Below are positions 17,615 through 26,745 of a stretch of 38,618 bases of DNA, in pieces. A program made the position numbers and the translations under genes. This stretch comes from an uncultured Dehalococcoidales bacterium (GTDB lineage Bacteria; Chloroflexota; Dehalococcoidia; GIF9; UBA5629). Below the pieces are notes generated by a model that was not told where the DNA came from, did no database searches, and saw nothing but the letters and a program-made list of their open reading frames with translations. The DNA is taken from contig CAYVBI010000003.1 in NCBI GenBank assembly GCA_964448985.1, positions 1-38,618 of the forward strand. The letters are read 5' to 3'. Numbering within the stretch: the first letter of the stretch is position 1; every line of letters starts with the position of its first letter.

Positions 17615-18754
17615 ATGCTTAGAGTAACTTTAGCCCTCATCCTAATTATGCTGGCGGCGGCCTGTTCCATGCCTCAGCCGCAGTCACCACCACAAGCCGA
17701 ACCGGAGACGGTTAAGATCGGGGCCTTACTGGGATTAAGCGGCGACATTGCAACGTCCTACGGTCAAGCTCAAAAAAAGGGAGTAGACCTGGCCGTAAGC
17801 GAGGTCAACGTTAGCAACTATCTCGGCACAGGCAAACGGCTCACGATTGTCGTTGCAGATGCCGGACCCGGGGCAGACACGGCAGTCTCCGCCATAACCA
17901 GATTGATCGAAGCTGACAACGTCTCGGCCATTATTGGCCCTACACTGTCTTCACAGGCTTTCAAGGCTGACCCGGTAGCGCAGGATCACAGTATCCCGGT
18001 GATAGCCGTAAGCAACACAGTTCCGGGTATAACACAAATGGGCGATTATATATTCCGCTGCAGCCTCCCCGAATCAACGGTCATCGGAGGCACCATAAAA
18101 GCTGCTGCCAGTCAGCTGCGCGTGGTGAAAGTCGCCTACCTGTGGGGAAAGGACGATGACTATACCATAGCCGGATACCAGGCCTTTAAGGATGCCGTAG
18201 TGAAGAACGGTCTGAAAGTAATGACGGACGAGACATTCAACCGTGGCGATACAGACTTTAAGCCCCAGCTTGAAAGGATCATAGCAAAAAGCCCCGATGC
18301 AATACTCGTTTCCGCGCTGGCCAAAGAAGCTGCGGCCATCATAGTACAGGCGCGGTCCCTCGGCTACACCGGTATCATAATCGGCGGCAATGGATTCAAT
18401 TCGACCGACGTCATCAAACAGGCTGGAAGCTATGCCGAGGGAGTGATGGCGGGTACTGCATGGAATATCGCCAGCATCAACCCCAGGAACCTGGAATTTA
18501 TCTCGGCCTATCAGAAAGCTTACGGAATCAAGCCGGACCAGTTTGCCGCTCAGGCTTATACAGGCACCTGGCTGCTGGCCAACGCCATACGGACCGCGGG
18601 CAGTTCTGAACCTCTGGCTATACGGGACGCGCTGGCCGGTATATCCAATTTTACTACCCCTATGGGATCTTTTAGCTTCACGTCGGACAGGGAACCTGTT
18701 CACCCCGCCGTAGTGCAAATCGTAAAAAACGGTAGATTCACAATCTTTAAATAG
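17615..18754 (+). CDS. ABC-type solute-binding lipoprotein (type I PBP, LivJ/branched-chain amino-acid-like)
   Basis: Lipoprotein signal MLRVTLALILIMLAAAC, then VKIGALLGLSGDIATSYGQAQKKGVDLAVSEVN, typical of Leu/Ile/Val-binding family proteins. The track start at 17555 would overlap the upstream gene. Confidence 0.8.
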   Translation: MLRVTLALILIMLAAACSMPQPQSPPQAEPETVKIGALLGLSGDIATSYGQAQKKGVDLAVSEVNVSNYLGTGKRLTIVVADAGPGADTAVSAITRLIEADNVSAIIGPTLSSQAFKADPVAQDHSIPVIAVSNTVPGITQMGDYIFRCSLPESTVIGGTIKAAASQLRVVKVAYLWGKDDDYTIAGYQAFKDAVVKNGLKVMTDETFNRGDTDFKPQLERIIAKSPDAILVSALAKEAAAIIVQARSLGYTGIIIGGNGFNSTDVIKQAGSYAEGVMAGTAWNIASINPRNLEFISAYQKAYGIKPDQFAAQAYTGTWLLANAIRTAGSSEPLAIRDALAGISNFTTPMGSFSFTSDREPVHPAVVQIVKNGRFTIFK

Positions 18755-18801
18755 TCATCTCTTACAGGGATTCCGGACGATAACATCAATTTCAAGGCCT
18801 G

Positions 18802-18810
18802 TGTTATAAT
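18802..18810 (+). promoter_or_regulatory. extended -10 element (TGtTATAAT) upstream of the DUF47 gene
   Basis: tgttataat ends 12 nt before the ATG at 18823, and there is no SD in between. Confidence 0.35.
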
Positions 18811-18822
18811 CGCTCCGTTAAA

Positions 18823-19455
18823 ATGTTTAAATTAAACCTGATGCCGAGAGGCGACAAGTTCTTCGATCTCTTTGAGGTCAGTTCAAAGAACATGGTCAAA
18901 GCAGCCGAAAGTCTGAAGGACCTGATATACAGCTGGGACTGCATCGACCAGAAACTGGAAGAGATGGACAGAATCGAGCATCAGGGTGATACCATAACTC
19001 ATGAGATTATGTTTCAGCTCAACCGTTCCTTCATAACACCTTTCGACAGGGAGGATATCGGCATGCTGGCTCACTCTCTGGACGATGTCACCGACCTCAT
19101 CCAGGCAACGGCCGATACCATGGTTCTCTACAAGGTCAGGGAACCCGGTAAGCGGGCACGTGAGCTTGCAGATATCCTGGTCCAGATTACTACCGAGGTG
19201 GAACATGTGATGCCCAGCCTCAGGCGTCATAATGCCAACCTTGAGAAAATCCTCAACAGCTGCGTGGAGATAAACAGGCTGGAAAACGTGGCGGACAAGA
19301 TTTATCGCACGGCGCTGAAGGAGTTGTTTGAGGATTCAAACGATATCGCAGATATCATTAAATGGCGCGAAATATACGAACACATGGAAAGCGCCACCGA
19401 TATGTGCGAAGATGTCGCCAACGTACTTGAAGGCGTAGCGCTGAAACACGCCTGA
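18823..19455 (+). CDS. DUF47 (PhoU-like, YkaA/TIGR00153-type) protein
   Basis: MFKLNLMPRGDKFFDLFEVSSKNMVKAAESL... and an all-helical repeat ending EHMESATDMCEDVANVLEGVALKH. Confidence 0.75.
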   Translation: MFKLNLMPRGDKFFDLFEVSSKNMVKAAESLKDLIYSWDCIDQKLEEMDRIEHQGDTITHEIMFQLNRSFITPFDREDIGMLAHSLDDVTDLIQATADTMVLYKVREPGKRARELADILVQITTEVEHVMPSLRRHNANLEKILNSCVEINRLENVADKIYRTALKELFEDSNDIADIIKWREIYEHMESATDMCEDVANVLEGVALKHA

Positions 19456-19520
19456 ACTCTCTGCCGGGCTACCCCGGTCCACAATGATTACAGACAGCTT
19501 TATATAGAGGATGAGGAAAT

Positions 19521-20093
19521 ATGACCATTAAAGAACTCGTTCAAAAAAACCGCAGTTACCGCCGCTATTATCAGGACGTTGCGGTCTCCCTCGATACCCT
19601 TAAAGAACTGGTTGACCTGGGAAGACTATCTGCATCTGCCATGAACCTGCAACCTCTTAAATATATATTATCCAATGATCCGGCCAGGAATGCCGTTATC
19701 TTCGCAAACATCGGATGGGCAGGCTACCTGAAGGACTGGAGTGGGCCCCCCGAGGGGGAGAGGCCTTCGGCCTACATCGTCATGCTGGGAGACACGGAGA
19801 TCAGCAAAAATGTGGTATGGGACCACGGGATCGCCGCACAGAGCATTCTGCTTGGCGCCACGGAAAGAGGGCTGGGTGGATGCATGATAGCCACGATACG
19901 CAAGACCGACCTGGCACAGGCGCTTAATATCAGCTCACGATATGAGATACTGCTGGTTATCGCCATTGGAAAACCCAGGGAGCAGGTCGTGATCGATCCG
20001 CTGGTTCAGGACGGCGACGTGAAATACTGGCGGGACAGCCAGGCCATACATCACGTGCCCAAGCGCGCGCTGAAAGATATCATTATCGGCTAA
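19521..20093 (+). CDS. nitroreductase family protein
   Basis: KNRSYRRY... LSASAMNLQPLKYI ... GIAAQSILLGATERGLGGCMI. Confidence 0.8.
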   Translation: MTIKELVQKNRSYRRYYQDVAVSLDTLKELVDLGRLSASAMNLQPLKYILSNDPARNAVIFANIGWAGYLKDWSGPPEGERPSAYIVMLGDTEISKNVVWDHGIAAQSILLGATERGLGGCMIATIRKTDLAQALNISSRYEILLVIAIGKPREQVVIDPLVQDGDVKYWRDSQAIHHVPKRALKDIIIG

Positions 20094-20114
20094 TCCTGCG
20101 TCTGATAAAACGGC

Positions 20115-20558
20115 TTAAATGGTAGTTCTTTTAACCAGCATCAACCGGTTACCTTCCGCTTCACTGTAGCTGTAATCAACCCGGTCCATCATCTTCTTCA
20201 TCATGTATATACCCAGGCCGCCCGCTTTACGGTCCTCAAGCCGGCTGTCCACTTCCGGCAGCGGGACGGAGCCGGGATCAAATTTATTACCGTGATCCCT
20301 GATAGTAACAATGATATCGTCGCCGTTCAGCGCACACGAAATCTGGAAAAAACCGCCCTTGCCGCCGTAGGCATGCTTGACCACGTTGGTACTCGCTTCA
20401 TCAACAGCTGTCTCTATAGCAAAAATATATTCGTCCAACTTCCGCTGCTGCAACCAGTTAACCGCAAATTCTACAATCCCCGGTATATCTTCCAGGACTG
20501 CACTCTCTATGGTGAGTGTGTCTTCATCCATGCCTGCCGTCTGCTGTTTATTGTCCAT
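20115..20558 (-). CDS. RsbW/SpoIIAB-like anti-sigma-factor serine kinase domain protein (HATPase_c_2)
   Basis: AVDEASTNVVKHAY (N-box-like) ... IRDHGNKFDP ... GGLGIYMMKKMMD (G-boxes). Single-domain protein of 147 aa. Confidence 0.7.
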   Translation of the reverse strand: MDNKQQTAGMDEDTLTIESAVLEDIPGIVEFAVNWLQQRKLDEYIFAIETAVDEASTNVVKHAYGGKGGFFQISCALNGDDIIVTIRDHGNKFDPGSVPLPEVDSRLEDRKAGGLGIYMMKKMMDRVDYSYSEAEGNRLMLVKRTTI

Positions 20559-20588
20559 TATGTATTTACCTGAGATCAGTTTGGACCA

Positions 20589-21521
20589 TCACGCTACGGC
20601 CGTTGTAGCAGGTGAGACTACAATTTCACTTCCGCTGATCTTGCTTTCAAGGCTGGACTTGATAGAGTTAATCACCTTTTGCACTTCGCACATTTTCCTG
20701 TCGCCGTCGAACTCCAGAAAGATCTCAACATAAACATTGGCCCCCGATCGTCTTGAACGTATCCCGTGAATGGCCTCATATTCTTCAAAATAATGTGCCA
20801 GCTCCCTGAGGATAACGATCTGGAGAGACTCTTCCAATGCTCGGTCCAGCAGGTCGTAGACAGACATCGTGCTGATGTTGTATATGGACTGGACGATGAA
20901 AAGTCCGATGATGACAGAGCCAACCGGGTCTACATAGCTGGCCCACGGCTGATCATTAAATAGCGCGCTCAGCACCAGTGAAATTATAACCAGTACGGAC
21001 GCAATGGTTTTAAAACGGTACATGCGCCAGAGCGACTCCAGTACCGGAGAATATTCCTCTTTGGTCAGGTGGTAATCGTGCCGCCACAGCCAGACGCTGG
21101 TTAACAGCGCCACGGCCGAGAACACGATGGCAAGGTCAACACCACCCGCATGCAGTTCCACCGGGTGTTGAAACCTCTCGATGGTATGCCCGATCACGAT
21201 TATCAGCGATATGACAAGCACCACCGCCACGATAAGCCCGGAGACGCTTTCCAGCTTACCGTAACCATAGTTATACCCCTCTGTCTTGCCGCGGTTGACC
21301 TTCCTGATGCTGAGGTAAGATAGAAATACCGCGGTAACCAGACCTATATTCTTAAGGATCTCCGATTCAAGGGTCAGTGAATTGGCTATGACTGCGGCAA
21401 TTATGCCGGTGATAAGCCCGAATATCCCCAACAGCAGGCCCAAAAGAATGGATTTTTCCTTGGCCTTACTATGGTCAACCGGCTTTGTTCCCTTATCTTT
21501 CGTCATTGCTTCCCTTTGCAT
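20589..21521 (-). CDS. cation diffusion facilitator (CDF) family transporter
   Basis: About six TM helices followed by a cytoplasmic alpha/beta domain (IHGIRSRRSGANVYVEIFLEFDGD). The start could instead be the second ATG, 5 codons in. Confidence 0.7.
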   Translation of the reverse strand: MQREAMTKDKGTKPVDHSKAKEKSILLGLLLGIFGLITGIIAAVIANSLTLESEILKNIGLVTAVFLSYLSIRKVNRGKTEGYNYGYGKLESVSGLIVAVVLVISLIIVIGHTIERFQHPVELHAGGVDLAIVFSAVALLTSVWLWRHDYHLTKEEYSPVLESLWRMYRFKTIASVLVIISLVLSALFNDQPWASYVDPVGSVIIGLFIVQSIYNISTMSVYDLLDRALEESLQIVILRELAHYFEEYEAIHGIRSRRSGANVYVEIFLEFDGDRKMCEVQKVINSIKSSLESKISGSEIVVSPATTAVA

Positions 21522-21679
21522 GTACGTTCCGTATTGTCGGCATAAGCCAGATTATTTTGGCATGATTTAACTATTTATTCAAAGAAAAGTAAAAATTGCA
21601 TCTACCGTATTCCCAAAACAATGAAGGGGCGCTATAATAGAACTAATATATCCGGATAATAGATCGTATATAATGCGAT

Positions 21680-22396
21680 ATGTTGTTTAAGCTGAAACGG
21701 CGATACTCTTTACTGACTATATCACTGATGGTATCGTTGTTGTTATTAGTTGGCACTTCCTGTAGCGTAGATGACTTACCGCAGCCGGTAGACAACCCAG
21801 CTAATCCTCCGGTCGCAGACAACATTACCTGTGTCATACTTGACATCTCGTCTTTCGTTGCGCAACCTAAAACTATAATACTGGGCGAGCAGACAGTCCT
21901 TTCCTGGAAAACAGTCGCCGCTACTTCTCTTTCAATCGATCCAGGCATTGGAAGTATCAGCGTGGACAGCAAAAGTATCTCCATATCACCAAAGGCAACC
22001 ACGCTGTATACGTTAAGAGCGTCCGACGGATGCTATGAGGTATCTCAAAAATTTCTGGTAATCGTCAAGACAGCAGACGGAACGATCGTCTGGCCCAGCA
22101 TCAGTACCGATAATACTACGATCGAACCGATATATGAAGGCTGGAGCCATTATCCGAACAAATTTGTTGAATGGGAAATAACCGATCGCAACAAGGATAC
22201 CAACAGTGACATTTATAATTGCTGGCACCAGGGACGCATTAACAATAAGCATGCTGAATGGACGATGACGGAAGTCACCGTCAATGGTAAAGTGATAGCG
22301 AGTAATATCTTACCCTCAGGACAACAGATATACGTCACCAGCACGGATTGCCAGCAATTGCCGGAACTTAAATGGAAGTGGAAGGCTTATAAGTAA
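21680..22396 (+). CDS. secreted or lipid-anchored hypothetical protein with Ig-like beta-sandwich motif
   Basis: Signal sequence MLFKLKRRYSLLTISLMVSLLLLVGTSCS. The segment IILGEQTVLSWKTVAATSLSIDPGIGSISVD...TTLYTLRASDG resembles widespread Ig-like surface repeats. A TATAAT at 21669-21674 lies only 5 nt before the ATG. Confidence 0.55.
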   Translation: MLFKLKRRYSLLTISLMVSLLLLVGTSCSVDDLPQPVDNPANPPVADNITCVILDISSFVAQPKTIILGEQTVLSWKTVAATSLSIDPGIGSISVDSKSISISPKATTLYTLRASDGCYEVSQKFLVIVKTADGTIVWPSISTDNTTIEPIYEGWSHYPNKFVEWEITDRNKDTNSDIYNCWHQGRINNKHAEWTMTEVTVNGKVIASNILPSGQQIYVTSTDCQQLPELKWKWKAYK

Positions 22397-22441
22397 TTCA
22401 CTATCAGTCCGTATTAATACAGAGGATGTTGGATAAGGTTA

Positions 22442-23815
22442 ATGAATACCATCTGGAATAAAATCGCCGCTATTGCTATTTTAATCTGTATTTCAGCTCT
22501 TTCCCTGTCCTGCTTTATCTTTGAGCGCGCCGTCGATCACTATAAAGCAGCTAATGAATTATACACTGAAAAGCAGTGGGATAAGGCTATCGCCGAGTAT
22601 ACAAAGGCGATCAGCATGGATTCAAACCAGCCTTTCTTTTACATCAACAGGGCTTTAACCTATAACCAGATAGGTGAATATGATCTTGCTATCGCGGATT
22701 GCACCAGGGCTATAAACAAGAAGAGTACCATCGCATTAGCCTATACCACGCGCGCCTCTGCCTATAATGAAAAAGGCCAATATCAACTGGCGCTGGCTGA
22801 TTCACTGAAGGCCATTGAGTTGAATCCCAAGATTGCCTTGGGTTACATCAATAAGGGCTGGGCGCTCTACGGCCTGGGCGAGTTCAAGGAATCGATACTC
22901 GCCTGTACCGACGGTATCGCCGCCGAGCCGACCAGGGCCATGGCCTATATATTCAGGGCTATGAACCATAACGAGATGGGCAACTACGAAAATGCGATGG
23001 CCGATTGTAATAAAGCTATTGAACTCGATCCCACGCTGCCGCTGGCATACGTCAACCGGGCCTGGGTGTACAACCAGACCGCTGTTTATGAAAAGGCTAT
23101 TGAGGACTGCAACACGGCGATAAGTCTGGATCCCAGGATTGCCACGGCTTACGTGAACCATGCCTGGGCACAGACAGCCAGGGGCAATTACGACCTCGCC
23201 ATAGATGACTGCAATACCGCCATTAAGCTTAATCCAAACCTGCCGGGCGCATATACTCAACGCGCCTGGGCTTACTTTGAGAAATATCCTTACGATTTCA
23301 CTAAAAACTGGTGGCAGATGGGTATGGATGACTGCAATAAGGCCATCGAACTGAATCCCAAATCCGCCCTGGCTTACAACATGCGGGCACGCGGATATAT
23401 TTTAAAGGAAGAATACCGCCTTGCCATTGCAGATGCTACGAAATCTCAGTATCTGAGTTCCGAATTTGCGCTTCCTGACATCACGCGCGCCTGGGCCTTT
23501 AATAATCTGCGTCTATGGGACCTGGCCATAGAGGACTGTGATTCCGCCATAGCCAAAAATCCCAAGCTGTCAGCGGCCTGGGCAAACCGTGCCTGGGCTT
23601 ACAACGGTAAGGGCTTGTACGATAAAGCGCTGGCCGATATAAACGAGGCCATACGGCTTCAATACGATTTTGCCTGGGCCTATTTTACCCGGGCCATAAT
23701 ACATAAGAACCTGCACAATTATGACCAGGCGAAATCCGACATTGAGCTTTGCCTGCAATATACGACTGACCCCAAGCTCATCGAGGCCGCCAGAGCGCTC
23801 TACGCCACACTTTGA
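22442..23815 (+). CDS. TPR-repeat protein with N-terminal membrane anchor or signal
   Basis: N-terminal IAAIAILICISALSLSC, then about 12 consecutive 34-aa units of the form A..D...AI.L.P....AY..RA.AY. Confidence 0.85.
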   Translation: MNTIWNKIAAIAILICISALSLSCFIFERAVDHYKAANELYTEKQWDKAIAEYTKAISMDSNQPFFYINRALTYNQIGEYDLAIADCTRAINKKSTIALAYTTRASAYNEKGQYQLALADSLKAIELNPKIALGYINKGWALYGLGEFKESILACTDGIAAEPTRAMAYIFRAMNHNEMGNYENAMADCNKAIELDPTLPLAYVNRAWVYNQTAVYEKAIEDCNTAISLDPRIATAYVNHAWAQTARGNYDLAIDDCNTAIKLNPNLPGAYTQRAWAYFEKYPYDFTKNWWQMGMDDCNKAIELNPKSALAYNMRARGYILKEEYRLAIADATKSQYLSSEFALPDITRAWAFNNLRLWDLAIEDCDSAIAKNPKLSAAWANRAWAYNGKGLYDKALADINEAIRLQYDFAWAYFTRAIIHKNLHNYDQAKSDIELCLQYTTDPKLIEAARALYATL

Positions 23816-23847
23816 CTTCGAAGGTATCAAGGTCTTATGATAACAAC

Positions 23848-25689
23848 ATGAACTCACTGGCAATGCGATTGACCAACCTTTTTTTATGTCTGGCTTTGCT
23901 GCTTTCTATAGGCTGCGCCGCTGCTCCTGCCACACCTGATGTAATACCGGCGATTTCGCAGTCAACCCCGGCGGCACACACAAGAAAGCTGCAGACACCG
24001 CCTTACGAAGGCGGAGGTGCGGTCATTTTCGTCCTCGATCAGGTCAATGATGATAAACTCATCGATGCCGTGGACCAGATCATTCGTGTATTCGCGGAAA
24101 ACGATGTATCCCTTGATATTGCTGTAAAACCCCCCGCCAAGAGTTACGGCCTGAATGAAAACATCCAGGAACTGACCTACTTCTCAGATGCCGGTATCAT
24201 CGATGCAAGCATTGACGGTCATTCCGTTACGTGGCTGGATGCTCAGGTCTCACCAACCGGCGATGAATACAAAGTATTTACAGCCGGCCTTGTATTAATA
24301 CGTGATCAACTTAAATATATATTCGGCTCACCGGTTTATACCTGCTTGCTGCCGGCTACGGCTATCAATGAGGCCAACTACAAGGCATTGCAGGATAGCG
24401 GCTTCAAGGTTATCAGTTACAGTGGTTCGGATGTCCTCAAGCCTTCGACCAAACCGGTGAACTGGTCGGGTCAGATAGATGCCGGAGGCCTTTATCGTTT
24501 GCCTGTAGTTGGCAAGGTCGACCTCTCGCAAAAATCCGATACATCCACTCTATTGTACGATGCGGTTAAACAAAATATTAATAGCTACGGAGTTGCCGTT
24601 ATCGAATTACCCGTGACATCGGTATTGGACGTAAATAATAAGACTGATCCTGCAAAACTGCTACAGCTGTCAGACCTCGTTAAGTCCTACAGAGAGCTTG
24701 GAGATATCACTACGCTGGAGAACTGGTACCAGTATGTCACCGGCTGCCCCCCGGATACTATCGGTGTCAAGCGGCCGCTTCCGCCTTACAACGGAGGACC
24801 CGTAATCATTTTCAGGCTGGACGATGTTGCCAAGGGCTACCGTGAAGAGGTGGCGCAGGAAATAATAAAGCTTTTCCAGAGAAACGGCGTGCCATTGGAT
24901 TGCGGAGTGGTCTCCAATGTTGACGGCACCGAATCATATGAGATGCCCTGGTTAAAACAATACGTTGATGATAATGTGGTGGGTATCAGTGTTCACGGAT
25001 ATGACTGGACTTTTTATCAACTGGATATCAAACAAAACTACCTTACGCATCTTGAGGAAAATCCGTGCATAAACGTGTACGCCGCCAAGGCTGAGGCAGA
25101 AAAAGCCAAGGTATCCTATGAAGAATTAAAATTCAAGTTGATACAGGCGCGCTGTAAATTCTTAAAATACTTCGGCATCAATCCCGTATCTTTCACAGTT
25201 CCTACAGATTTTTACGATGAACTCGGATATAAAGCGATACAGGATGCCGGATATAAAGTGTTTTCGGTGCACAGATCGGTTGAACCCTGTCCGTCGTCAT
25301 TGCAGCCGGTTGATTACAACTGCCACACTGATCTGGACAATGGCATGTACCGGATCCCCACGGCAACCGACATGTGCGGCTGGTACAACTGCAAGTGGAC
25401 CGATATTATCGATCTGGACAAGCCCATGAAACAGAAAGGCTACTGCATCTATGTAGACGCCTGGGGCGAATCAATAGAGTATAACGACAGTGGAATCACT
25501 ATCTGCACCACGATGAATGCGTTGGGAGTGGTCGCCATTGGACTCCATCCCGATTGTTTTGTCGATAAATACGGTAAGCCGGACATGGCCAAGATTGAAA
25601 AAGTGGATGCCATTATCAAATGGTGTAAGTCTTTTGCGACGATAATGACTTTCGAGCAATGGTACCGCTACAAAACCGGCGATAAATAG
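23848..25689 (+). CDS. lipoprotein with two tandem divergent NodB/DUF2334-like (polysaccharide deacetylase-like) domains
   Basis: Lipobox LLLSIGC. Domain A begins TPPYEGGGAVIFVLDQV and ends TLENWYQYVTG. Domain B begins LPPYNGGPVIIFRLDDV and ends TFEQWYRYKTG. The RLDDV and VHGY motifs resemble NodB/DUF2334 motifs. The family assignment is tentative. Confidence 0.5.
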   Translation: MNSLAMRLTNLFLCLALLLSIGCAAAPATPDVIPAISQSTPAAHTRKLQTPPYEGGGAVIFVLDQVNDDKLIDAVDQIIRVFAENDVSLDIAVKPPAKSYGLNENIQELTYFSDAGIIDASIDGHSVTWLDAQVSPTGDEYKVFTAGLVLIRDQLKYIFGSPVYTCLLPATAINEANYKALQDSGFKVISYSGSDVLKPSTKPVNWSGQIDAGGLYRLPVVGKVDLSQKSDTSTLLYDAVKQNINSYGVAVIELPVTSVLDVNNKTDPAKLLQLSDLVKSYRELGDITTLENWYQYVTGCPPDTIGVKRPLPPYNGGPVIIFRLDDVAKGYREEVAQEIIKLFQRNGVPLDCGVVSNVDGTESYEMPWLKQYVDDNVVGISVHGYDWTFYQLDIKQNYLTHLEENPCINVYAAKAEAEKAKVSYEELKFKLIQARCKFLKYFGINPVSFTVPTDFYDELGYKAIQDAGYKVFSVHRSVEPCPSSLQPVDYNCHTDLDNGMYRIPTATDMCGWYNCKWTDIIDLDKPMKQKGYCIYVDAWGESIEYNDSGITICTTMNALGVVAIGLHPDCFVDKYGKPDMAKIEKVDAIIKWCKSFATIMTFEQWYRYKTGDK

Positions 25690-25713
25690 CCTTTATCAAT
25701 ATAACTGCGACTG

Positions 25714-26682
25714 CTACTTTCGGTTTTTATACCAGTCTATATATTTCTGCAGACCTGATTCCAGACCTGTAACGGGTCTATACGCAAGCAGCCTTTCAGC
25801 TTTGGTCGTGTCGGCTATCCGATTAAATACCTCGATCTCCAACGACCTGCGACGGTCATAATTAACATATGATGTTTTTATTTTTCCCTTTAGATTGAGG
25901 GAGGTCAACACCATATCCGCCAGCATATTGATAGATACATCTTTTCCTGTGCCGAAGTTTAACACCTGGTTAATACCTTCATCCTTGATGCCGGCCAGCA
26001 GCGACATATGAATGGTGTCTTCTATATATGTAAAATCACGTGTCTGGTTCCCATCCCCATAGATAATGATTTCCTGTCCCGCTAAAGCCCTGTTAACAAA
26101 GCGGGACAATACAAAACGACCATCCTGGCGCGGCCCATATGCATTGAAATAACGTAGCGCTGTGTACTCAAGGCCAAATTTCTGATAATACGCCATACAG
26201 AAATGTTCGCCCATCAACTTGGTCAAGGCATAGGTGGATTTGGGATTAAACGGCCCTTCCTCGACCATAGGTTTAGTTGAATCGCCATAAACCTCCGAAG
26301 AAGACGCAAATACAAAGCGTTTGATCTTATTCTTAGCCGCCAGTGAAATGACATTGGCCGTGCCAATTACTTCAACATTGAGCAGGTTGACCGGTTCATC
26401 CTGCGTTTCCTCCACGCCCACTACTGCCGCAAGGTGGAAAATCATGTCCTGGCCCTTAAATAATGGCCCAATAGCCCGGATATCTGTGACGTCCAGCCGA
26501 TGTATCGACAGATTCTTGCGCCTCTCAAGGCTTTCTATCTTGTTGCCGCACAGCATGGTATCGATAACAGACACACGGGCCCCAAGGTCAATCAGTTTTT
26601 CCACAAGGTGCGATCCAATAAATCCTGCTCCCCCTGTTACCAGGACACGCAGTCCCTTATACTTCTCAAAAATATCACTCAT
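25714..26682 (-). CDS. NAD-dependent nucleotide-sugar epimerase/dehydratase (extended SDR)
   Basis: RVLVTGGAGFIGSHLVEKL Rossmann motif, SSSEVYG and catalytic YALTK (YxxxK). Confidence 0.85.
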   Translation of the reverse strand: MSDIFEKYKGLRVLVTGGAGFIGSHLVEKLIDLGARVSVIDTMLCGNKIESLERRKNLSIHRLDVTDIRAIGPLFKGQDMIFHLAAVVGVEETQDEPVNLLNVEVIGTANVISLAAKNKIKRFVFASSSEVYGDSTKPMVEEGPFNPKSTYALTKLMGEHFCMAYYQKFGLEYTALRYFNAYGPRQDGRFVLSRFVNRALAGQEIIIYGDGNQTRDFTYIEDTIHMSLLAGIKDEGINQVLNFGTGKDVSINMLADMVLTSLNLKGKIKTSYVNYDRRRSLEIEVFNRIADTTKAERLLAYRPVTGLESGLQKYIDWYKNRK

Positions 26683-26745
26683 TATATTGATCTTGAAACT
26701 GTTTTTTATCCGCGTAACTACCTGAGCCGAACGATGCGGGATCAG

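Noticed and set aside
17122-17670. 182-aa minus-strand ORF
   Set aside because: It is antisense to the DUF3795 gene, whose Cys pattern is convincing. Its Ala-rich translation is typical of a shadow frame.
18074-18718. 214-aa minus-strand ORF
   Set aside because: It lies entirely inside the solute-binding protein gene on the opposite strand and has no recognisable features.
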